IMG/VR virus record: IMGVR_UViG_3300013126_000019
Location: 1 to 64,000 of that record
Reading direction: 5' to 3' (one strand)
Source: a virus
DNA: 64,000 bases
In this document: positions 57,288-64,000 of the stretch, piece by piece
Position numbering within the stretch: the first letter of the stretch is position 1
Layout: each line of letters opens with the position of its first letter
The notes under the pieces: generated by a model
What the model was told of the DNA's origin: nothing
Seen by the model: the letters and a program-made list of their open reading frames with translations, nothing else
Database searches by the model: none
Made by a program: the position numbers and the translations under genes

Positions 57288-58502
57288 TTATCCGCGTTTA
57301 AAAAAGTTATCATTTCTGGCAATCTTACGCTGTACTTTTTCTTCTTTCTCCACCACTGGTGTGCTAGAAGTTCTGCGTGCCTCTTCAGTTTTTAATTGGC
57401 GTACAGTTTTTTCTACAGCTTCGGTCTTGCCGGTATCTTTAATTTTGTTTCTATATCCTTCAGGATCTTGCAGTAACCATAAAGCTTCTGCAATCAAGTC
57501 ATGTCTGGGTTCAACATATTGGTACTTCTCAAGCAGATGCCCTAATAAATTAGTTGGGCGACCTGACATTGATGGGTAGTTAGGTTGAACAAGACCAGAG
57601 TATAACATAGCCTGAGTCTTTTTATCTAACTTAACACCATTCAACTCTCCTGGCTGCAATACAGTATATACATTATGCATATACATTTTAGCAGCCTCTT
57701 GTTGCTGGTTCTTAAGTTTTTCTTGTTCCGCAAGTCTTTGAGCTACAACTTGTTCTTGCATTTTGTCCAACTTTGGTTTGAACTTTAATGCTTTAGCTTC
57801 AAGATCTCCGCGATCTCTCCAGTCCTCAATTTCTTCTTCAATCTCTTCAGATGTTCCAAAATTAGTTGCTCTTAGATACTCACGTACAATTTGTTCCTGA
57901 TCATTAGAACTTTTAGGGTTTAATTCACGTACTTCCTCAACTTGAGAAAGAATTCTAAATAATCCTTTTAAGTCATCACCACCATCTGCAACATACTTAG
58001 CAGCTGCTTGTAATTCCTGAGGTAAAGCTTGAAAAAATTCAATAGGTGTTTGCTCACGAATTTCCTTTTCTCTCTCCATGAAGTTTGCTTCTAGAAGTTC
58101 TTCATAGTCTTTCATAGAATACTCCTCAAGAGGTTTGTCATCATCAAAAGGTACAATTTGCCCTTTTTCAATAAGCTTATTTACAAGCTCAGCCATACCA
58201 CTTTTATCAATCTTTTGACGACCAGCAACTTTTGGTTTATCATCATCAGCAGAAGTATCAATAGGATCTACCTCACTAATTACATCATCAATAGATGGTG
58301 TATTTTCAGGTTTATCATTTTCTGACCCTTCATCATCAGAATTGTCAAGGAAGGAGAAGTCATTAGTTTCCTTAGTAAACATACTAGGTTTTTTTTCTGC
58401 TTCTGGGAGCACAACGTTTTCTGCTCCTGGGGTTCCTAGAATTTCATCTAGGTTTAATTCTACCTGACTAACTTGCGTTACGTCATTTGTATCAGTACTC
58501 AT
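57288..58502 (-). CDS. putative capsid scaffolding protein
   Basis: 404 aa; acidic disordered N-terminus, coiled coil, basic C-terminal tip; lies between portal and MCP. Confidence 0.55.
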   Translation of the reverse strand: MSTDTNDVTQVSQVELNLDEILGTPGAENVVLPEAEKKPSMFTKETNDFSFLDNSDDEGSENDKPENTPSIDDVISEVDPIDTSADDDKPKVAGRQKIDKSGMAELVNKLIEKGQIVPFDDDKPLEEYSMKDYEELLEANFMEREKEIREQTPIEFFQALPQELQAAAKYVADGGDDLKGLFRILSQVEEVRELNPKSSNDQEQIVREYLRATNFGTSEEIEEEIEDWRDRGDLEAKALKFKPKLDKMQEQVVAQRLAEQEKLKNQQQEAAKMYMHNVYTVLQPGELNGVKLDKKTQAMLYSGLVQPNYPSMSGRPTNLLGHLLEKYQYVEPRHDLIAEALWLLQDPEGYRNKIKDTGKTEAVEKTVRQLKTEEARRTSSTPVVEKEEKVQRKIARNDNFFKRG

Positions 58503-58503
58503 A

Positions 58504-58515
58504 GTTTGTTGGTTT
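58504..58515 (-). promoter_or_regulatory. AAACCAACAAAC translation-initiation-region motif
   Basis: ends 1 nt before the ATG at 58502; 12/12 complementary to the 46874-46885 hairpin sequence. Confidence 0.55.
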
Positions 58516-58532
58516 TACAATATCAATATAGG

Positions 58533-58540
58533 CAAATATA
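58533..58540 (-). promoter_or_regulatory. Bacteroidota-type -7 promoter box TAnnTTTG (TATATTTG)
   Basis: exact TAnnTTTG ~30 nt upstream of the scaffold/MCP genes in a 99-nt intergenic gap. Confidence 0.5.
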
Positions 58541-58601
58541 TTTAAATAAACTTACAAGATTTTAAAATCTTAAAAATTAAAGCTGATTATATAGCTAACC
58601 G

Positions 58602-61337
58602 TTACTCCTCAGCTTCTAGGTCATAGCGATTTTTATTCTCCCTAGCTATTTGAAGTTTTGTCATTGCAATATCTTTTTGTGTTTGCAGCTTTTCTTTTTC
58701 TAAAGATAACTTGTTATTTGCGTTTGCTTGTTGGTTATTGTCCCGAGCCTCCTGCAAATCTGTGTTTCTTTTATATAGCTCAGTGTTTTCTATTTTATCC
58801 ATAGCATCCACATAATCACTTTGCATATTCTGATTAATATCTTGAGTAGATGCGTAACCGGCAGATTTAATCTGAGCTTGAAGAATAGCAGCTTGTCTAT
58901 CTTTATCATTTTCACTTGCTTCAAACTCCATTTTCATCTTAGCTTCTTGTTGTTTAGCCTGAATCTGCTGGTCTTGCATTTGCTGCATTTGCTGCATTTC
59001 TGCTTGTTTTTGAGCTTGTTGTTTAGCTTCAGCCTTTTTAAGAATACTTGTTACTTCAACAATAGACTCAGATTTAATAATATTACCCAGGTCAAAAATT
59101 GTAGCATTTGTTGTATTATTTTGAACAGCTAAAGCTTTTATTTGCTCAAGAATTGCTCTATGATTTGCTTTAGTAGTACAATATACATTAAGATCTCTCA
59201 GTAATAAATCGGTGCCACTAACTTCAAATGTAGCTTTTTCTTCATTTGATGTAATGTATTGCAATCTAACCGACGGTTTAGTAGAGTGATAATACTGAGA
59301 AAGGTCTGTGCGCATTCTATGCACTCTAGGCATTAAGTAGTCACAGTGCTGTATAAAGTACATTTCTGTTTGAGCATAGCTAGCATTTACAGATTGTTCT
59401 ACTCCAGTTGCTGTTTCTTGACTTATTTGTTGACCTAAGCGTTGTGGTGTAATACCAACAACCTCAAATGCTTGCATTTTAAAGTAATTAGCCAGTTGAA
59501 TCCGTGACATCAAACGGTTAGTTTGTTCAAGATCTAATTTCTGGTAATGTTGGAAAGCCAGAGCATTCTCTGTATTGGTAATAGAAGTATCCAATGGTAA
59601 CATCTGGAAGTTCTTCATTGCCACATAAGCTTTGGCAAGATTATTTTTTCCCCAGTCTTCCCCTAGTGAGTGCTTAGGTAAAGCATTCTGATCCAATAAG
59701 ATAACAGTACCAAGCTCATCCACAAGGATATCAGCAATCTGGTTATTTACAATATTATAACCAATCTGGAACGGTTTCATTAAATCTACAAGAGATGTGG
59801 ATCTTGTGTTACGATCAGAAAATACTGAGCCTTCTACTGGTAACTTACATCCATATATAGAGTTGTCCCCTTTAAACTGAAACTTAACAGGCTTAATATT
59901 ATTTTGATTTATCCCAAGATAAATAGGGTTAATGCCACCTGGAGATTTAGTTCCCCAAAAAGAAGGTTGATGAGGGCCAATTTTAACGCCACCCCATACT
60001 TCATTAATCCAAATCCAATCAATATGCTCACCAAAAAGAAGATTATCCTTAGACTTATTTTTAATAAGGTTTGTATCATAAACAGGTTTATCTACTACAT
60101 CATAATCTTCTGTAACAACATCAATACTAGTATTACCTAAATCATCTATTTTAGTAAGATGTCCTACGCGTCTTTGAGATTTCCAATAGCAAGTTGTTAC
60201 ACGAAGTAAGTTTGTCATTCCCATATCAAAGTAATCCTCTGACTCACTCATAATCCATTTAACAATATCTCCACCACTACTGGTGTTTTCCCACATAGAT
60301 GTAAACTGACGATAGCCTAAAGATGGTAATTCTGTATTCCACTCATAGGATTTTGTACCGTCATAATATGTACCATCATTTTGATACCCTTGGATTGGAT
60401 AACCCGCTGATCTTACAGGGTAAATAAGTTCTAAAGACTTTAACTGCTCCTCATTCATTAACCAGCCATAGCGGTCAATAACATCGGCAACAGTCATCAT
60501 ATCAAATTTACCAACCCAGCTTGCATCTGATATATAACGGATATCCGGGGATTTATGATAAAAAGTAAGAACCGGGTTCCATAACTCTACATCATAATCA
60601 TCGTCCATCATGCGAAAATGCCAAAACTCACGGTCTGTAATCAGCATATCTCTGAAAGCTCTCTCTTCAAGTTCTTCCATTTTAAATCTCTCAACATCAT
60701 TTAAATGCTGATGAGTAGCCCATTGTTCTACCATTGACTTATAGTCTTTAGTAAAGAAATTCTCAATTTCAGGCAAACTCTTTAAGTTTTCAGGACTTAA
60801 AAGTTGATCATACTCGGGATTATCAAACTCAAATCCCATATTTTCAAGATTAGTCCTAACTTTAAGCTCTGCATTTCTAAGAAGTAGTTGTTCTACTTCA
60901 GTACGCTTTGCTGCCATTTGTTCATTATAGGACTCATCATCAACACCTTTATAAACAACTTTAGTTGATCTTTTAGCAAATTCCGCTACAAGTGTGTTAA
61001 CTACATTAGGGATAACTGGATAAAATTTTAATTCTAGAGCAGTACTATCTTCTTTAGTAAGTGTCTCAATTAAATCAGCATACTCATTATCTGTCTCAAC
61101 AATATAGTCCGTTTTATCTATAATACCTTTTGCCAACTTATAGTTCTTCATAAGTCTGCGGGCATTGCGTCTTACTTGTTTAAGACCTTCCCATTCTAAC
61201 CAATCTAAATTCCATGCAGTCCAGTCTTCATCTTTCTTTTTTCTTGGTAAAAATTGGATAGGCTGGTTAAGAGTACCCATTTTGTTGTACTCAACTTTGG
61301 CACCAGCCTTTACTTGCATCGCATTATATATTTGCAT
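58602..61337 (-). CDS. portal protein (crAss-like podoviral)
   Basis: 911 aa immediately after the terminase; FYPVIPNVVNTLVAEFAKR, WIWINEVWGG, SLVDLMKPFQIGYN, GITPQRLGQ; long Q-rich C-terminal barrel helix. Confidence 0.85.
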   Translation of the reverse strand: MQIYNAMQVKAGAKVEYNKMGTLNQPIQFLPRKKKDEDWTAWNLDWLEWEGLKQVRRNARRLMKNYKLAKGIIDKTDYIVETDNEYADLIETLTKEDSTALELKFYPVIPNVVNTLVAEFAKRSTKVVYKGVDDESYNEQMAAKRTEVEQLLLRNAELKVRTNLENMGFEFDNPEYDQLLSPENLKSLPEIENFFTKDYKSMVEQWATHQHLNDVERFKMEELEERAFRDMLITDREFWHFRMMDDDYDVELWNPVLTFYHKSPDIRYISDASWVGKFDMMTVADVIDRYGWLMNEEQLKSLELIYPVRSAGYPIQGYQNDGTYYDGTKSYEWNTELPSLGYRQFTSMWENTSSGGDIVKWIMSESEDYFDMGMTNLLRVTTCYWKSQRRVGHLTKIDDLGNTSIDVVTEDYDVVDKPVYDTNLIKNKSKDNLLFGEHIDWIWINEVWGGVKIGPHQPSFWGTKSPGGINPIYLGINQNNIKPVKFQFKGDNSIYGCKLPVEGSVFSDRNTRSTSLVDLMKPFQIGYNIVNNQIADILVDELGTVILLDQNALPKHSLGEDWGKNNLAKAYVAMKNFQMLPLDTSITNTENALAFQHYQKLDLEQTNRLMSRIQLANYFKMQAFEVVGITPQRLGQQISQETATGVEQSVNASYAQTEMYFIQHCDYLMPRVHRMRTDLSQYYHSTKPSVRLQYITSNEEKATFEVSGTDLLLRDLNVYCTTKANHRAILEQIKALAVQNNTTNATIFDLGNIIKSESIVEVTSILKKAEAKQQAQKQAEMQQMQQMQDQQIQAKQQEAKMKMEFEASENDKDRQAAILQAQIKSAGYASTQDINQNMQSDYVDAMDKIENTELYKRNTDLQEARDNNQQANANNKLSLEKEKLQTQKDIAMTKLQIARENKNRYDLEAEE

Positions 61338-61340
61338 AGC

Positions 61341-63548
61341 TTATCTAAAGTTTTTAAAAGGTGATCTTGGTAACTTCATATTACCAAAAGTATGACCTCC
61401 TCCGCCTATGTGGCGAAAAGGGCTCATATTTAATTTACTGAATTTATCAGAGTTATCCAAGATTTTTGCTCTTCCTGTTTCCTCAAAACGTTTTTTATAA
61501 CCTCTATTTGCTTGTTGGACTTTAGCAAATGCTACTAAAGCAGCAAATGCTACAAGCCTATCCACGTTAACTCCCTCACGATAAGACATCATTTCTTTAA
61601 GCAACATTGGGTCTGGTATACGCTCTACACCATATATAGTTTTAACTACCTTACCATCTTCAAGAACTTCTTGATCAAGTTCTTCTTTTAGGAACTCAAT
61701 AGCATAACTTACCATGTGACTCTTAAATAAAGTGCCTGTATTACGCCAGCCATATTCTTGGAAGACATTGGCATTTGCACCAATGTCTTTTAACCAAAGT
61801 ATTTGATTTCTAGGCACAAGATATCTTTGTCTTTTTCTATTAATCATGTGAGTAATAAATTGAGGAATATTGTTTTCTACAATAGTCCAGGCATTATACC
61901 ACTCAATTATTAGCTCTAATCGCTCATGAGTTTTATTGATATCATCAAATCTACCACACCAGGCAGCTACTATACCATCTCTTTCTATATATGTTTGAGT
62001 CTCATCTAAGTCGCGCTTAGTTACCTCAACAGCTGTTTTATATATATAAATTGAGCATAGAGACTCTGACGTCGTAGTTTTTCCTTCTCCGACAGGGTCA
62101 ATACTTGCGTAGTACATCCCAAACTCAGGATCTTTACAGGGTCTTTCCCACACTACTAAACAACCTGTTTTATCTTCAGTATTTTTAGTAATAGGAAATT
62201 CAGATATAGGTTGTTTATTGGATGCTGTTGTAGCAGGCTTACCGTCAGCATCCCTATATATGTCTAAAAATTCATATGGATAAATTTTGTCGTCAATTCT
62301 TCTTGCTTGCGCATTTATAAGATGACTAGGAAATACTGATACAGATCTAAAGTCAAAAGCCTCTTTAATGTTTCTAGGATGCTGAGAAATACGAAGTTGA
62401 TACTCTTGAGGATCTAAATCTTTTTTCCATTCAGCAAACTGCTCATCTAGTGCTGTTAATGCTTCTTCTACTTTGGAGTTACCATATTGATCAATAAATG
62501 GTGGCATTGACCATTGCTCGGGAATAAATAATCCTGTTTTTCCAACTACACCGGTTTCATCTATAAGATTAGAAGTTACACTATAAATATCATTACCATC
62601 AGGTCTAGTAATCATTTTCTTAAGTGGCTCACACTGAGATAAATCCCCTACTGATCCAGCAGCAATAAACATCCCTGTAGTCATGAAACCTGATTTCATA
62701 GCAGGGCGAATATACTCAAAGGTTGTATCCATCTTAGGGGCAATACCAGCTTCCTCATGAAAAAAGTATTTACATGGTCCCCCTACACCATTAGTAGGAT
62801 CTTTTTCAAAAGACATTCCCTGCATAACACCTTTAAGACCTACTTCCGATTTACGCTTACTTAAGGGCTCTACAGTTTCAATCTTCTGTTGCCACATCAT
62901 TACCTTATTAGGATTCATTGGGCGGTACCAGGCAGTGTGTTTATTTAAGAATGCCTCATACTCATTTAAGAATTTCCAAGTACCTTTCTCATTAATATAG
63001 TCTTTAAGGCTAGCGCCCATTTTGAGCGTTATACCCTCTTCAAACCAGATTTGATTAATAAGTTTACCAGCATGAAAATAACTAGATGCAATCTGACGTT
63101 TCTTTAAGATAGCTGCATGCTTATAGTTTAATTCTGCTAGTGCTTCATAAAGAGCCATGTGATACTGAGCATCACGGATATCAGCAAAACCAAACTTCTG
63201 AGTTTCTTTATTAAATATAGGTAGGAAGTTTAACCACATGTAGTAATCACGTGGAATATACCAGGTGTTACCATTGCTTTTATAGATTGCACCAGACCTG
63301 CATTTAGTCTTTTGATCATTCCAATAAGTAATAAAGTCTTTAGTACCTTGAGGAGCTTTACAGTAAAAACCTTGTTGATTAAATATTCTAGCTTGTTCAT
63401 TAAAGATTAAACTAGTTTCATCAAACTGATATTGACCGGGCTCTTTAAAAATGTTAAATACAAAATCCTTAAACTCATCGCGTGAGTTAAAAGATGTTGT
63501 ACTCCACTCTCCATTTTCCCAAGTAGGTATTTCTATATTAGTACTCAT
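61341..63548 (-). CDS. terL: terminase large subunit
   Basis: 735 aa; Walker A-like LKKRQIASS, Walker B FFHEEAG, RNase H-like nuclease ASIDPVGEG...IVENN...NVDRLVA. Confidence 0.9.
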   Translation of the reverse strand: MSTNIEIPTWENGEWSTTSFNSRDEFKDFVFNIFKEPGQYQFDETSLIFNEQARIFNQQGFYCKAPQGTKDFITYWNDQKTKCRSGAIYKSNGNTWYIPRDYYMWLNFLPIFNKETQKFGFADIRDAQYHMALYEALAELNYKHAAILKKRQIASSYFHAGKLINQIWFEEGITLKMGASLKDYINEKGTWKFLNEYEAFLNKHTAWYRPMNPNKVMMWQQKIETVEPLSKRKSEVGLKGVMQGMSFEKDPTNGVGGPCKYFFHEEAGIAPKMDTTFEYIRPAMKSGFMTTGMFIAAGSVGDLSQCEPLKKMITRPDGNDIYSVTSNLIDETGVVGKTGLFIPEQWSMPPFIDQYGNSKVEEALTALDEQFAEWKKDLDPQEYQLRISQHPRNIKEAFDFRSVSVFPSHLINAQARRIDDKIYPYEFLDIYRDADGKPATTASNKQPISEFPITKNTEDKTGCLVVWERPCKDPEFGMYYASIDPVGEGKTTTSESLCSIYIYKTAVEVTKRDLDETQTYIERDGIVAAWCGRFDDINKTHERLELIIEWYNAWTIVENNIPQFITHMINRKRQRYLVPRNQILWLKDIGANANVFQEYGWRNTGTLFKSHMVSYAIEFLKEELDQEVLEDGKVVKTIYGVERIPDPMLLKEMMSYREGVNVDRLVAFAALVAFAKVQQANRGYKKRFEETGRAKILDNSDKFSKLNMSPFRHIGGGGHTFGNMKLPRSPFKNFR

Positions 63549-64000
63549 TAAGAAGTCTTAAAATTTCTGTAAGTGCCTCGTGACGATGATTATCAAGTAA
63601 AATAATTTTATTAACCCACTCTGACTTTTCTAACTTTGGTACCTCATGAATAGCTGAATCATTCTTAAACTTTAAGTCAATCTGGTGAGGATCACCGGTA
63701 AAGATCATAGTTGAGTTCTTACCAAGACGTCCCACACACATTTGCAACTGAGCTTTAGTTAAGTTTTGAAACTCATCAATAATACAAATACAATCATCAA
63801 AGGTTCTGCCTCTAAAGTGGGTAAGAGATACTAGTTCAATATTTTCTTCCTCTTCAAGCTTTGCTAGAATCTCAGGCTTATCATAGACCTTTCTCATGTT
63901 AGATTTGATAGGTACTAGCCAAGGTTCCATTTTTTCTTTTTCAGATCCTGGTAAAAACCCATTATCTTCTGTAGACACTGTAGGTCTTGTGATAACAATT
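63538..64000 (-). CDS. phoH: PhoH-like ATPase (5' end outside the window)
   Basis: frame stays open to the window edge: IVITRPTV-STEDNGFLPG...RGRTFDDCICIIDEFQN...GDPHQIDL...HRH, the canonical PhoH motifs. Confidence 0.9.
   Translation of the reverse strand, partial: IVITRPTVSTEDNGFLPGSEKEKMEPWLVPIKSNMRKVYDKPEILAKLEEEENIELVSLTHFRGRTFDDCICIIDEFQNLTKAQLQMCVGRLGKNSTMIFTGDPHQIDLKFKNDSAIHEVPKLEKSEWVNKIILLDNHRHEALTEILRLLNEY

Noticed and set aside
2646-61395. The many 60-111 aa plus-strand ORFs in the track
   Set aside because: They lie antisense to long minus-strand genes, have no recognisable motifs, and show the composition typical of shadow frames.
6557-63548. Introns, inteins or homing endonucleases in terL, MCP, portal or RNAP
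   Set aside because: Genes are continuous and of expected size; no LAGLIDADG, HNH or GIY-YIG motifs recognised.
1-64000. Stop-codon reassignment (TAG/TGA) as in some crAss lineages
   Set aside because: The standard code already gives uninterrupted, tightly packed ORFs up to 3558 aa; no fragmented genes.
1-64000. CRISPR arrays, tRNAs, rRNA, DGR/reverse transcriptase, integrase or transposase
   Set aside because: Intergenic gaps are all under ~150 nt with no cloverleaf or spaced repeats seen, and no such enzyme motifs were noticed in the ORFs.

Overview
AT-rich, gene-dense segment of a crAss-like (Crassvirales-type) podophage genome, probably infecting Bacteroidota. Every credible gene is on the minus strand, reads in the standard genetic code, and many overlap as TAATG. 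In transcription order (right to left): PhoH (partial), terminase large subunit, portal, scaffold-like protein, major capsid protein, conserved head gene, three tiny basic KxGG proteins, ring protein, Dps/ferritin-like protein, auxiliary capsid protein, Cys-rich tail hub/fibre-like proteins, IHF-like protein, two ring proteins, muzzle/tail-stabilisation protein, then ~38 kb of putative virion-packaged ejection/cargo proteins including a 3558-aa single-chain virion RNA polymerase (DFDND), followed by a putative endolysin and the start of a probable holin. Product calls come from motifs and gene order read by eye, with no database searches. Most notable observations: (1) four consecutive giant cargo proteins have cysteines almost only at adjoining termini, suggesting a head-to-tail disulfide-linked ejection chain; (2) a 3'-UTR hairpin exposes a loop exactly antisense to a motif just upstream of three phage start codons, suggesting an sRNA circuit; (3) a recurring (K/Q)xGG / PKAQxG tag is shared by cargo proteins and tiny basic proteins; (4) cargo proteins carry effector-like domains (two ADP-ribosyltransferases, a GH108-like lysozyme, LysM, zincins, and degenerate SLOG- and macro-like domains).
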